DNA of 64,000 bases from Octopus sinensis (GCF_006345805.1 NC_043015.1:20398001-20462000), one strand, 5' to 3'. Positions 27,542-42,400 are shown, counted from the stretch's first letter. Translations and numbers: made by a program. The notes: generated by a model not told the origin, from the sequence alone.

Positions 27542-28623
27542 ACACACACACACACACTATATTATAATTATGCATATATATAAAAGCATATGTAATATGA
27601 GTAGATTATATATGCACACACACTGACACGCATATATATATATATACATATATATATATACATACGCACACATATGTGTATTCATATACATATCTATAGA
27701 AAGATAATTGTCATCTATCTTACATTACATGCATGCATTGAAAGGCATGTGTGTGAGTGGCTGTGCCTGTGTGAATGTGTGTTTCTACATGTATACACAC
27801 ACACATATGACATATTAAGGCATACACACACATATATATATATATATACGAATACACACGCACATATACGAATACACACATTTTACACATTGTGAGGTAT
27901 ATGTAGATCATTACCAGTTCTCATTATCCTTCAATGTCTCTGTCTCATACAATTGCACTATCTTACACACACACACACACACTGTTTCCAGCCGACTTCG
28001 TAACTCTTCGTATTCATTTTCCTTCTCCCCTCTTTGCATTCCCTCTGTCTCTGTCTCTCTATCCTCTTCCACACCCATTTCTCTTTTCTCTCCCCTCTCT
28101 CTCCTTCCATTATTCTTTCTCCTCTTCCGCCAGTTTCTTTCCTTCCCTCTCCTCTTCCCCCTCCTCCTATTCACTCTCCACTCCCACCTAAACACTCAAC
28201 CAAATATTAGAGTCTGTGGCCAATTCATTCTGGCAGGAAATACATTAAAGACTTTTATAGCGAATATCACAGACTTTTAACAGAAAATAACAACAAAAAC
28301 TGTAGAAACAACAACAACAACAGAAAAAACGTAAACAACAATAAAAATATCAACAATAATATCTGCAGGAGCAACAACACCGGTAGAAACATCAACATCA
28401 AGAAGAACAACGACAACAACAACAACATCATCATCATCATCAGCAGGTACAATCACAACTGCAAAGACAATAGCAATATCCAGAACAATAGCAGCAGCGG
28501 CAGCAGCAGCAGCAGCACCGACGACTATAACAACAAAACAAATATAAAGTAAAAATAATCCCGCCAAAAACAAAAAAAAAATCGAATTTTCTGAAACAAA
28601 TGTAAACTATTGAATATTATGTT

Positions 28624-28684
<61 letters not shown>

Positions 28685-28965
28685 GTTGTTTCGTGCATGA
28701 GTGTGTGAGATAAAGAGAGCGTATGTGTCGATATGTGCTTTTATTTGTACATGCTTCCAAGTGTGTGCTTATATGTGTGTGTGCATGTGTATGTGCGTAT
28801 ATGTATGTGTGTCTGCTTTGATCTGTATGTCTTAAGGTGTGATTGAGTGGGTGTTTGTGTGTGCAGGTATATGCACTTGTGTGTGTATATGCCTCAGTAT
28901 GTCTTTGAGTGTGTGTGTGTGTGTGAAAGTTAGCGAGTATTAATATCTGTGTCTATGAATATGTG

Positions 28966-29020
<55 letters not shown>

Positions 29021-29203
29021 GAGTCTTGTTTCATGTATTTCTGTATGTGTGTGTGTATGTGTATCTCTCAGCGGGTGTGTATGTGTGTGTTTGTGTGTGT
29101 TTGTTAGCATTTGCGTATGTGGGAAAGTTAGTGTTGGTGCTTGTACCTCTCGGTTAATGTATGTGTTTGCATGTGTGTGTGTGTGTGTATGTGTGTGTGT
29201 GTG

Positions 29204-29247
<44 letters not shown>

Positions 29248-29402
29248 AATGTTAGTCTTAGAAATTTCATCTTTTGAATTCCACTTTTAGACATTTGTTC
29301 AGATTTTTAAAAGCAAAACTACACATTTCCTATCTGTCTGTCTTCCCTCTGTTTGTCTTCCTCTCCCTCATACATACATACATACATACATACATACATA
29401 CA

Positions 29403-29433
<31 letters not shown>

Positions 29434-29612
29434 CCACATACTGCGTATACATATACACACATAACATATATATATACACATCCCTCAATATATGTATGAG
29501 CATTTTTATATATGTGTGTGTATGCATACATGGTGTATATATATATATATATATGATATATCCATTTCTCTTTATATATTTATATTTATACATGCATATA
29601 TAAATAAACCCC

Positions 29613-29649
<37 letters not shown>

Positions 29650-30264
29650 CGCACATGCATACACAAAGGAAAATTGTCCTAACACACACCACCAAAGACA
29701 TAGACTCTACACACACACACACACACACGTGTTATGTGTATATGCATGTATATATGTGTGTATGTGTGTGTATAACATTTCCTATAGAATTTCAACCAAG
29801 TTGCATTTTCATTAGTAATTGCACACGGAAATGGGAAGACAGAATCAACAAGTCTTGAAAAGAGAGCTGTTGTGAGTTCGACCGCCCGCCCGCCTCCTAC
29901 TCCTCTCACAACCAATCAACTGCACACACGCACCAACACTCACCTTCTCCTCACCCCTCACTCCTACTTGTTTAATATTTAAAGTTTACACATTGCTTGG
30001 AAAAGTAAACGAACAGGAATCAAGAACAAAAAAAATGGATAAAAATGAAAAGAAAATATACAATATAGGATCAGACAGACACACATACACACACATTTAT
30101 ATACAGGGAGGTAGGTAGAAGGGCAGATAAGCATATAGTTTGATAAATGATGAGAGATAAACAATGAGATATGGATAGTTAGACACACAGACAAACAGAT
30201 AGATAAATAAACAAGCTACATCGATTGAGAGATAGACAGACAGATAGATAGATAGAGAAATATA

Positions 30265-30514
30265 TATACTCTTTTACTGGTTTTAGTCAGTTGAGTGTGG
30301 CCATGCTGGAGCACCGCTTTTAGTCGAGCAAATCGACACCAGAGCTTATTCTTTGTAAGCTCAGTACTTATTCTATCGGTTTCTTGTTGCTGAACCGCTA
30401 AATTACGGGGACGTAAACACACCATCATCTGTTATCAAGCGATGTTAGGGGGAGGGTAAATACAGACACACAAACATATACACACACATACATATATATA
30501 CACATATATGCAAT

Positions 30515-30596
<82 letters not shown>

Positions 30597-30775
30597 TATA
30601 TATATATACATACGACGGCTTCTTTTAGTTTCTGTCTATCAAATCCATTTACAAGGGTGTGGTCAGTCCGAGGCTATAGTAGAAGACACTTGCTCAGGTG
30701 CCACACAGTGGGACTGAACCTGGAACCATGTGTTTCGTAAGCAAGCTACTTACCATACAGCCACCCCTACTCCTA
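30265..30775 (-). mobile_element. Composite C/D SINE with internal (TA)n
   Basis: D module ~30265-30470, TA tract, C module ~30612-30775. Confidence 0.85.
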
Positions 30776-30806
30776 CATATATATATGTATATATATATAT
30801 GTGTGT

Positions 30807-30898
<92 letters not shown>

Positions 30899-30908
30899 CA
30901 TACATATA

Positions 30909-30952
<44 letters not shown>

Positions 30953-30983
30953 GTGTATATATATTATATTATATATATGGTGT

Positions 30984-31060
<77 letters not shown>

Positions 31061-31220
31061 CGGGAGTAAACACATAAATGTGAACAAGGTGGAAAAAAGA
31101 GTACTCGAATACCAGTGTAGAGTAATATGCTTTATTTAAAGCCACAAAAACTGTCCGATGAACGGCAACGGGAAACCAGAGTAAACAGGTTTTGTTGAAT
31201 TTTCTGCTGCTTTAAATAAA

Positions 31221-31266
<46 letters not shown>

Positions 31267-31949
31267 TTGTAGACGGAGAGATAAATAGCTGGGCAGGTAA
31301 ACGAATATATAGATCGGTTAGGTTTAAGATAGATAGACAAATAGAGGGAGTAGTGTGTGTGTATAAAAGATAAATACATAGAGTGAGTGAAAGTGAAAGA
31401 AAGTGAGAAAAGGAGAGAGGGAGATAGAAAGAGAGAGAGAGAGAGACGGATACCGAGGGAGGCTAGATAGATATATAGTGATAGAAAGAAAAGTGTGTGT
31501 GTGCGTGTCTATATATTATCTAGTGAGAGATATATACGAAGGTATGGCGATAGCTAAAGAGATTCACAGAAAGAGATATCAGACGAAAGTATGAACATGT
31601 GGAGAGCACGTAAGACAATAGAATAGTGGAAAGGGAGAAGGAGAGTGGATGTATTGGGAGGATGCATGAATCCAAAAAGATCGAACGTGATGAAGAATGT
31701 TCTACATTCGTCAAATTTCATTAGCTCACCCCACTATTGGCTAATTGCGAATAACTGCGCATCGACATGCTCGCCATTTCTGCAGTGGAATTTACAATTT
31801 CGACTGCATTTTATGCATTTAGATAAACAAAAAGAGAAAAGTGAACACAATGTTATTAGTTCTATTATTGTATTTTAATGTGCTTCATATGCGGATGTGT
31901 ATATACGTGTGTATATGCACTTAATGTATATGCACGTGTGTATATACAA

Positions 31950-31985
<36 letters not shown>

Positions 31986-32025
31986 TTGAGTGTATATATA
32001 TATATATATGTATGTATGTATATGA

Positions 32026-32103
<78 letters not shown>

Positions 32104-32443
32104 CATATATATACACTTATATACATACACTCAAATATTTGTCTGTGTATTGCATTTGCAGTAATGAATGCATGCGCAAGCGGCAACAGGAATACGTACA
32201 CACGGAAACAAGCGTAAGTAGACGCAATCCTATACACAAACGCGCGCGCACACACACATACATATATACATAAACGTACATATGTATACATACACAGACA
32301 CACGCATATGCACATACATATATATATTAATATACCCGCTTAGCCTTTTACACACATGTACATACATATATGTGCCTATATATATATATGCACATACATA
32401 TCGATATATACAGATATGCATATGCACACACATATACGGACAC

Positions 32444-32511
<68 letters not shown>

Positions 32512-32862
32512 CATATAAACATACACAAACATATATATAATATGCATGTATCTATACATACACAAACATATGTATATGTATATATATATATTACATACAT
32601 ATCCACCCACATATATATGCAGTAATGAATTATTTATAATTGCTTATAAATAATTCGCAGAGCTCTTTGTTATACTTAAATTGAAACGAGTTAAAATGTA
32701 GTTAGATGAGTTCATAGGAGACTTATTAACATATAGACACACACACATACTCATACGCCATCTTGGTGTTACGGTTATTGTTGGGTTCTTTGTTCTGCCG
32801 GCTCTTATTGCTCTTTATAACTGACGTTAGCATGAATAATTACTGAAATCAGATAATTAGGG

Positions 32863-32910
<48 letters not shown>

Positions 32911-32947
32911 GTGTATATGTATATATATATATGTATATGTATCTGTC

Positions 32948-32992
<45 letters not shown>

Positions 32993-33078
32993 ATATATAT
33001 ATATATGCATATGTATATATATATGTATATATATATGTATATATATATATATATCTATATATATATATATAATATATA

Positions 33079-33166
<88 letters not shown>

Positions 33167-33170
33167 ATAG
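30500..33170. repeat. Extended (TA)n/(CA)n microsatellite-rich region (representative of dozens in the window)
   Basis: Seen directly. Similar blocks lie at ~781-840, 7290-7730, 11620-11950, 56810-57180, 57950-58660 and 59250-59780. Confidence 0.95.
31062..31221. mobile_element. Short repeat with a 13-bp inverted duplication and a degenerate hammerhead-like motif
   Basis: ctttatttaaagc (31130-31142) pairs with gctttaaataaag (31209-31221). Between them lies CTGT-CCGATGA-ACG[GCAA]CGG-GAAA-CCAGA-GTA-A-ACAG. Confidence 0.45.
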
Positions 33171-33994
33171 ATATATGTATATACATGTATGTATATATGC
33201 GTATGTTTCAGGTGTCCCTATATAGGTAAGTATGTGTGTATATGTCCGTGGGCGCGAGTGCATCCATCCGTTTATCTGCGCATTCAGCAATCTATCCACC
33301 CGGCTCTCTTTTTTTAGCTCTCTACGCAACTCTTCGTCTTTCAATCTTTGTGTATGCTATATATTTAGAGACACATAGGGATACACATACATGCATATTA
33401 TGCTGTATATGCCTACTCACACAGAGACATACCTTCATATAGTCTTGTAGAAACATGTGCACACACACACATATACATACAACATATATTCAAACATTAC
33501 ACGCTCATTTATTTATACGTATGTATGCCAGATGAAGGTGTATTTTTTATGGAAGCATGTACGAACGTATCTCATAACTAGACCTGATATGGAGGAAGGT
33601 CCTTGTCATTTTGTAGATGAAAACACTAGTGGTGTATGTCATATATCTCAATATTGTGCGGATAATTGATCCGCATTAAAAGAATTGTGAGTACAAAGGG
33701 CATTGGAGGACCCTTGAAGGATTGATTTCGATGAGCCGTCGGTCTGAGACAAGGTTGTATTCTATCTCACGTCTTTAAACATCTTATTTTAAATAGACAT
33801 GAGGGAAATCAAAAACATATTTTTGCCTTCTTCCACCAACACTTAATGTGTTTTTTTTTTTCTACTTGTGTCATTTCCTTTTTGTATTTCATCTTTTTCT
33901 TTTGTCTGTTTTGCTTTTTTCATCTCTATTCTATTTGTTTTTTATTCTTCGCAAATACGCACGAACAAACACACACACACACACACACACACAC

Positions 33995-34033
<39 letters not shown>

Positions 34034-34398
34034 ACACACACACACGTCCATTTCATATATCTTCTTTCAATTTCTGCTCTCTGCAAATAAATCTTTTTAC
34101 GGATACAACTGCTTACAAAAATAGGGATTAATGAATAATGTCTTTATATGTTCATAATTAAATCAATGATTTAATTATGAGACACAAATCCAATAGAATA
34201 TCTCTCAGAAACAGACTACGTACAAATTCGTTCTTCACAACACTTGAAGCTGTTTTCTGACAGGGGGGCGGGGACTAAGGAAATTTTCATACAGCTGGAG
34301 GCTCCAGTCGAAACAGGGGACCCGAAATGCTAAGGTTGAGATTTACTGTTATAGATTATGCCTAACCGAAAACGATCACAGCCACATCATCCAAACAG

Positions 34399-34426
34399 AC
34401 CGAGTGAAACCGGGCTTAGCTGCTAG
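34399..34426 (+). mobile_element. Helitron-like 3' terminus
   Basis: Imperfect GC hairpin ccgagtgaaaccgg followed ~9 nt later by CTAG|T. No 5' end identified. Confidence 0.45.
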
Positions 34427-34916
34427 TATATATATTATATATATATATATATATATTACAGAGAGAGAGAGAGATTGACACTCAGACAGACAGAGATGAC
34501 GAGGCTTACAGGTATATAACATTTATATATACACATAGGAATAAATGATAGTCAAGGAAACAAAAATAAATAAAACATAATAGACGGAGAGAAAAGCTGA
34601 ATAAGACAGGAAACAGAAAACTGTCAGAGCAGGAAAGACATAACGCGAACGGAAAGCAAATTATAGACACTATATACACACACACACACATACACAGATA
34701 TTTATTCAGACACACACACAGATATTTGTACAGACACACACACGCACATAGTGGTATCCTCACCAGCCAGCACTCATCAAAACGGATTGTATATTGATGA
34801 GTATATATCTAGATGTATATAATTTGCTGTTAGATATATGCGTGTCTCTATCACATACATAGATAGGTATATATTTATTAAGTTCTAAGCGTGTGTATAC
34901 ATTTGTATTTATTTAC

Positions 34917-34996
<80 letters not shown>

Positions 34997-35078
34997 GATA
35001 TATATATATATATATAGTACATAGCGATTCAGAAGTTACTTTAGCAGTTAGAGTAAACATTATATATGTATATATATA

Positions 35079-35313
35079 CAGGGCGGCCCAAAAGTAGGTT
35101 TACAGTTATTCAACTATCTCTTTCGTAATCATATATTAACAACAGTTTAGATCTTGATCATAAAAAACTATGAAACCCTTATTCTATGCCAATTTAGTTA
35201 ATTTTGTCAAGCTTCCTTTTCAGTTTGTAAGATAGAAATGTAAACGTAATAAAATGATTTAAAAGAAATTTAAACTGCCTAAGTGATAACTAAAAGTCTA
35301 CTTTTGAGCGACC

Positions 35314-35316
<3 letters not shown>
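35079..35316. mobile_element. Tc1/mariner-type MITE (~238 bp)
   Basis: TIRs cagggcggcccaaaagtagg and tctacttttgagcgaccgtg, within TA/TG tracts. Confidence 0.7.
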
Positions 35317-35357
<41 letters not shown>

Positions 35358-35589
35358 GCTTTCCATAATTTCTACACCCCCATTTTATTCTCTGTTCTGA
35401 GAATGGTTTAATTTAAATCTTGATCACTTCCTCAGATAGGTGTGATTTGGTAGCGTGAATAATAGAGTAGCAGCCCAGCTATTCTGGAAGCTGTAACCCG
35501 TGGCAATCAAGGGAGTTAATGTGGGTTGAAGATTTAATGAATCAATGAACGAGAAAAATGGGTGAAATGTAGGCGACAGTGCGGAAGTA

Positions 35590-35640
<51 letters not shown>

Positions 35641-35749
35641 TGGGAGATGAGACTCGTACTAAAAACCTAACTTAATTTCGGTTGTCAGCTGGAAATTGTT
35701 AATGCCAAAGGGAGGTTTTGAATCGTTTCATATATTTTATCCTTCGCCT

Positions 35750-35987
35750 TCTTCTTTCAGTCATTAGACTACGACCATGCTGCGACACTAGACCGAAGGG
35801 TTTAATCGAGGATATCAATACCAATATATCTTTTTCATGTTTCGTATCTATTTAATCCCTTTCCTGATTCGCTAAATTACAAGGACATAAACAAACCAAC
35901 AACGATTGCCAAGCGGGGTTGGTGGTCTAACGCAATCACAATGACACAGACGCACATACACTCACACACACACAAGTATAAGACCGT

Positions 35988-36023
<36 letters not shown>

Positions 36024-36455
36024 CGTGTTCTACGTCAGTTGCGATAACAAGTGTCCCAGTTGATCTGATCAATCTAACAGCAAGTGGCTGAGTACTCCAC
36101 AGTAACGTGTACTCTTAACATGGCCCTTGGGGAGATTCAGCGTGACACAAAATGTGACAAGACTGACCCTTGTGAATTACAGGCACAACTTGTCACTGAG
36201 TAGACTAAAGCAACGAAAAATAAAGAGTCTGGTTGAAGGATACAACGCGCTGCCGGTAATCGAACTCAAAACCTTACGATCGTAAGGCGAATACTCTCGC
36301 CATTGAGCCCCAACCAGTTTCCATCTACCAAAATTCGTTCACAAGGCACTGGTTGGCCTGTGGTTATAGTAGAATACATTAGCCCAAGATGCCTGGCAGA
36401 GGAAATGGAATACAAAACCACATGGTTGTGAATGAGCATCTTAACCACGAAGCCA
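35750..36455 (-). mobile_element. Composite C/D SINE with a family B SINE inserted at its microsatellite
   Basis: D ~35750-35950, GT/TA tract, SINE B, C ~36310-36455. Confidence 0.7.
36030..36305 (-). mobile_element. SINE family B nested in a composite C/D SINE
   Basis: Shares gtggctgagtactccacag and tgtgacaag...gaattacagg with 2555-2880. Confidence 0.8.
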
Positions 36456-36806
36456 TACATAGACATTCTCCGCGCACCGAGTAAATATATCTGCGATAAG
36501 TATTACGGTTCATATCTGGTTAATAATTTTTGTTTTTTATTTGTGTGTGTGCTTTATGGATTGTGATTCGTTTGTTTCCATTGTTTGACATTTTACATTT
36601 ATAATTTGGCAGGAGAAGAAGAAAAGTAAATAAATAAATCTAGGAAGCGTAATTAAGAATGGTTTTTAGTGTCTAACGTCTAACTTCACTTCAATAAAAT
36701 CATGAATGGAATGAATAGATTCCATTGCCAGGAATTTTGGCAAAACCAAATTCTAAAGATATGTCATTTGGAGATGCACCAGTTAATTTCTAATATTGGT
36801 TTATCA

Positions 36807-37460
36807 AATGGTGGCAAGCTGGTAGAATCGTTACTGCGCCGGATACACAACTTTGTAGCGTTCCTTCCATCTCTTTACATTCTGAGTTCAAATGCCACCA
36901 AGAAAGACGCTGTCTTTCATCATTTCCGGGCCAACAATAAGTGTACCAGTAGCGTACTGGGGTCAATGTCATCAACTAGCCCCGTTCCTTCAAAAGCTTG
37001 GGCCTTGTGCCAGAACTGGAAAGCAATATTAGTCCTTAATAATATTCATTTCTGATATCGATTTTTCTATTGGAAGCGGGGAACGTTTTGTTGCTGAAAT
37101 CGTCTTCGGTACTTCGTTACATGAATGGTATGTTTTTAGCAATCAAGGTAGGGTAAAAGGTAAATTTAACCTTGACGGGATTTAAACTAAAGACCACCAC
37201 TCTAACTGCTGATCGTAAATCATTACTGTAGCCATCAGTTATTGATCTCGTATTTCATATTTGATTTATTCTTTTACGTGCGGTGGTCAACCAGATCGGT
37301 AAAGCGTCGGCCAAAAAATAGAGAGAAAAATGCATGTGGTATGTAGTTGTGAACATTTCTGTTCTGATTTCAAATCCCACCGACGTCTACTTTGACTTTC
37401 ATCGTTCCGGTCTCGATAAAATAGAGTACCAGTCAAGTATTGAACTGCATATAATCGACT
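36807..37460 (+). mobile_element. Family A SINE copies (~36807-37025, ~37290-37460)
   Basis: ggcaagctggtagaatcg head, ttctgagttcaaatgcc and ggccttgtgcc tail. Confidence 0.7.
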
Positions 37461-38351
37461 AATACTGTTGTTTCCCAATCCTTTTCAAATAAGGGCCCGC
37501 GACTCAGGTTCCTGAATCAATCTTGTTAGTGTGGCTTGTACTTAAAGGGTAAGTGAGGCTATAAATTCCATCAGACACATTATTCCTGTGACCGGAAGCG
37601 ACCCAGTTATTATATTTAAACACATAATACCTCATTAATCCTTCAATTAACGAAATATGTGACCAGGCCCGTTATCGTGTACGAAGGAGATGCAATTCGT
37701 CGACAGAGCAAAGGTGAATATTTTTATCAATCTGTATAAAATATGCAATGATATTTTATTAGGTTCACTTATTGAACTTACTGTTGGGTCAGGTCAAAAA
37801 TGACCTGCTATTTTTAGCACAATTTACTAAATGCAATTTCAGTGAAGAGTGAGAGTCTAACTTTTCGGACGTTTGTCTTTCATCAGAGTGCAGAAAGAAT
37901 AATGTCTTGCTGGCGTGGATGTCTGAAGTGCAGGCGCAGTGTATGTGTGTGTTTGTGTGCGTGAGAGAGTGCGCGTGTGTGGCTGAAAAATGTATGTTGA
38001 TATTAGGGTAAATAAAAGTGAGCCAAAGACAGGTGGTTTGGGAGAAAATAAGCTGTAAGCTTCAAGAAAAGATAGAAAACGAACTGAAATAGACAGCAAC
38101 CGAGTTTTATAAAACATTAAACTTTCCACTCCCTACGGCAAACTAATTAGCGACGTTTTATCAGTTTTTGTCTTAATAATTCAAATGATTTGTAACATTG
38201 GCACTTGGCAAGGGACCTTAAGGAGATGAACGGAGTCAAATAGATAGACCTTAATATACAGACTGTAGCAATACTAATCATAGTAGTAGTAGGAGGAGGT
38301 TGGGAAAGGAAGAGGTCTATAGAGAAAATTGTAGTCAATTGAAGTACTTAC

Positions 38352-38436
38352 CATCAATAGAAAATTTGATTGTTTCGTTAAAAGTGTAGTCTGGGTCGTA
38401 CGCTTCGATCGGTGGTTCTACTGCTAAAATCGTCCC
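38352..38436 (-). CDS. Internal coding exon (85 bp, phase 0 to phase 1) of a cadherin-superfamily gene
   Basis: Minus strand reads ttttttttcttccag|GGGACG...ATTGATG|gtaagt, with canonical acceptor and donor. It translates GTILAVEPPIEAYDPDYTFNETIKFSID, matching the cadherin repeat pattern GT...A.DPD...N..I.(Y/F)SI. Confidence 0.8.
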
Positions 38437-38791
38437 CTGGAAGAAAAAAAATTGCCATATTGACAGTAGCAATAAAAGCAACAACAACAACAACAACAAC
38501 AGCAACAACAACAACAACAATAATAATGATAATAATAATAATAATATGACTATATTATTAATATACAGATTTTCTGATTAATGTATGAGCTCTCGAATTT
38601 GGAGGTGTGGGGCTTAATCGATACTATTGATCCCACATTTATATAGTCCCTTCCCCCCGCAAGCAAGAAAAGTTGAGCTCGGCAGGATTTGAAAAGCGCC
38701 AAAAGCATTTTTGACGCTCTAAATTTTCAGCTAGTGATAGCAGCAGCAGCAGCAGAAGAAGAGAAAAAGAAAAAGATGAAGAAGAAGAAGA

Positions 38792-38835
<44 letters not shown>

Positions 38836-40601
38836 AAAACGACGACGACGAAGAAACACCAGGAAATGAGACGGAAGAAAGAGAAACCAGTGACAGAAAA
38901 AGTTTAATGGAATCACTTTACTGGAGGCTTGAAATCTTACTTAATTCGGTTTTGTATCTTTTTATTCCAGTCAAAGAAATATTTAGGATAAAATGACAAT
39001 TCGCTTTTATTTCCTGCTTAAATTTAGCAGAAGCTATACAGAGTTAACACTATCGCATGACGGAAGACTGTCATTGAATTCGCTAGCATCATATCGTTGA
39101 TAGTAGCAACAGCCAAATTCTCCCCAGATGTTCCACTGACGTAAGTCTGGAGTTTCTAATTGCAAATAACAGATATCCAAGAGCTAAAAACCAATATTTA
39201 TCAGCGTGTTGTCTGCTATTTTATGCTGTCAAATAATGTCATTTCAAAGACACAATGTTTGGAAAGTTGATATAGCAACGTGTCAAGCAATATCTCTGTG
39301 TCAGAAGTACTACTCAAATACACGGAAGAGAGAAGCGATGTAAGCGACCCAGAACTGTAACTAAATTCTTTCTGGCGATCCAACGAAACTGATTATTTAA
39401 AAATAAATAGCTGATAAATTTCCATCAAACCAAACACCTCTTTTGACCATTTCAATGCGAAAAGTGGATTTATCTGCTCAAAGTTTTATTATCGTTAACT
39501 GCTGAAAGCGGTTTTACCTCACAGCTTTGCAAAACACCTCTCCTTATTCAGCAAGAAGCCGAGACACTGCCAGTGACAGTTTTCACAGATGACAGTTTTG
39601 CAGATTTTCTTTCTGTTTATAGAGTAAGAATCAAATACTTTTGGTGGTGGTGGGGCGGGAATGACCATGATGTCTAATTACGCTGTCAACGGAATAAAAT
39701 AAAGGGTATGACCTGTTAGATAATGTCCTAGATATCAAAAAGGTCGGGATGGTCTTGAATGGAATGTCAGGATGGTCTTGAATGGGAGGCGGTCTCGATT
39801 AAGGCAATGGTGGACCCACAACTTCTCAACAATAAAAATAGCAACCTTTATTACAAAAGTGCATTTCTGTTTAATTCAGTATGTGAGTGTGTATACATAT
39901 ATGAGTGTGTAGAAACGAGATATATACATTCAATTTATAACAAGATATATGCTCTCAATCTCGACCCATATAATTTTTGTCGTGAATTTTTGTTTCAATT
40001 ACTACTTATGTATTATTTACTATTTGTATATTTATATCTTTTTCAGCAGAAAATTGTATCAATGTTTATTTAATATTTGCTTAATAAATATACACATAAA
40101 CTAGATTGTAAATGAAAAATCTATGTATTCCTTATACAAATGGAACCGGATTGTATTTTTCTCTATTCAGAAGTATATATTGATGCAAACATAAAATGAT
40201 AAAGAAAAGTGGGGTAAAAACTAAAATTTAAAAAACGCTAAAGAAAACGAAAAAAACAAAAATTGCAAGGATTATTTAGAAATAGTTTCTTATAAAAATG
40301 TAATATTTACCGAACCAAAATGGCGACTCAGAACATGAGTCAGAAATATTTGTAGTAACCTTAGTTAAACGACTGCCATTATCTAGCAGACGACAGCAGC
40401 TATTAAATAAATGCACGTCTACAGAAGGCAGGAGACGTGATCACTGAAATCTGTACGAGCTTGAGGGCAGAGTTTATCAAAGGAAGCTCCAAATATCACG
40501 TGACAGTTTCCATGAAACACTTATGACTGAATCATACGCACGTTTATGTACATGTATATTTACATATAATACATACGTGAATATATGTGTATATGTATAT
40601 A

Positions 40602-41820
40602 GTGAGTCATCTCAGAAATAACGCGGATTATTTATGCTTCTTTATTTTTCAGAATTAAGGTCAACAAAGTTTTTTAAATCTAAAATATAGTCTCTTTCAT
40701 TTTCTCCAATGCTCTTCCATATATCTTGTAGTCTTGCAAGGCCCCTCTTCCAAAATTCGCTTGTTCGTGACGAAAAATACTTCTTTAGTACTGTTCTTAC
40801 CTCGTCTACAGAATTCATATTTTATCCGTCCAAATGATTTTGAAGATTGCGGAATAAATGACGACAAGATGCGACAATGTCCAGCGAATATGGTGGGTGC
40901 GGCATCGTTTTCCATTTAAACTGCCTTTGGAATGTCATCCTCGCTGTATGTGGCCGACCATTATCCTGATGGAAGAACACCTTTCGTCTTGAAATCAAAG
41001 ATGGTAGTTTTTCTTCTAGCGCTGACTTCAGCTGCTCAAGCTACTCGTAGGTGATCTCCTTTGTTATCGTTTGGTTTGTGTTTAATAGTTCAAAGTGGAC
41101 TTAACCTTTCATATCCCACCAAACAGATAACAAGACTTTACGTAACTGAAAACCTTCTTTAGCCTGGGTTGTCGGTGTTTCTCATTTCTCTACCCACTAT
41201 CTTCGGCGCTTGACATTTTTATAGAGAACTCATTTCCCTTCACCAGTCACAATTCAGTTCAAAAAAGATTCATTTGTGAGATATGACAGCAAAGAAGAGC
41301 ACACATTCACTCTCTGCACGTGATTAGAATCGGAAAGTTTGTGAAGAACCCATTGACCCAATTTGCCGACATTTCTGATGGCACGCAGGTGTCGATGAAT
41401 GGTTAACTAACCAAATCCAAGTTTCTCTGCTAGTTCCTCAACAGTTACGATGGGATTTTGTTCCCAAAGGGTTTGTAGGACGTCCTTGTTGAGCTCTACA
41501 GATCTTCCAGGACGAGGCTCGTCTCCTAGGCTGTAGTTTCAGGCTCGGAATTTCTGGAATCACCCTCGACATTAGCTTACGCTTTTTGTCCAATCCCCAT
41601 ATACGGCATAACTATTCCTCACACTCTCAGTTTGGTGTTGCCTTTATTGAACCCAAAATATAACTATTCAAATTGAACTGCACTCTGGAAAACATGCACT
41701 AAGAATAAGACCAAGATAAAATTACTACCTGCAAGTTGATGCTAGCAGTTTATCCCGTTCCGTACTCCGACTTGGAGTTCACGCAGTTGAAAAAAGCGCA
41801 TTATTTATGGGATGATCCAA
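40602..41820 (-). mobile_element. Full-length but decayed mariner transposon (1219 bp)
   Basis: Imperfect TIRs gtgagtcatctcagaaataacgcgg and gcgcattatttatgggatgatccaa, with TA on both sides. Minus-strand motifs VTGEGK*VLYKNVKR, RKVLLSVWWDMKG, FFHQDNGRPHTAR and HPPYSLD..HLFRNLQNHLDG. Confidence 0.9.
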
Positions 41821-41828
41821 TATATGTG

Positions 41829-41855
41829 TCCGGCAAAGACGGACTACTCAGCTAG
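41829..41855 (+). mobile_element. Helitron-like 3' terminus just beyond the mariner
   Basis: ccggcaaagacgg...cagCTAG|T. Confidence 0.45.
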
Positions 41856-42114
41856 TATATACGTATATTAATGAATATGTGAGCGAGGGAAACTTCATTA
41901 TTTGAAATTAGGCCTAATGAATTTCTGTCAAACGATATTGTTGTTCAGTGAGGGTATATTATGTAAGAAGATTTATCGAATAAATTCTTGTATAACCTCA
42001 GCTGAGCGACCATTTTCAACACACTGTACTACATGTATCAGGTACTATCGTATCTGTAACAAGTATAAATTCCATTCAATCATATTTTTACTATATTAGT
42101 GTATATGATAAACT

Positions 42115-42400
42115 TCCCGTCGAAGACGAGTGTGAGCGTTCAGCTTTTGCCGACCAACCTGCCCAAAGGAATTGTTTATAGTGATCAAATGTATGTTTTG
42201 TACATTAGCTCAATCTCTCCATCAAGTCAACGATGCCTGAACAGGGGCACTCTGTGCCACGTGTCAGGTGTCGAAGTGATTGGAGAGCAAGATGAGGTGA
42301 AGTGTTTTGCTCAAGAACGAAATGCACCATCCGGTCTGGGAACTGAAACCGTGATCTCACGATCCTGAGTGCTGCGCCGTAATCACCAGGCCATGCGCTC
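42115..42400 (-). mobile_element. Diverged tRNA-derived SINE (family B-like)
   Basis: The head and the gtgttttgctcaagaac segment resemble family B. The 3' end cgtcgaagacgagtg resembles 2574-2585. Confidence 0.55.
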
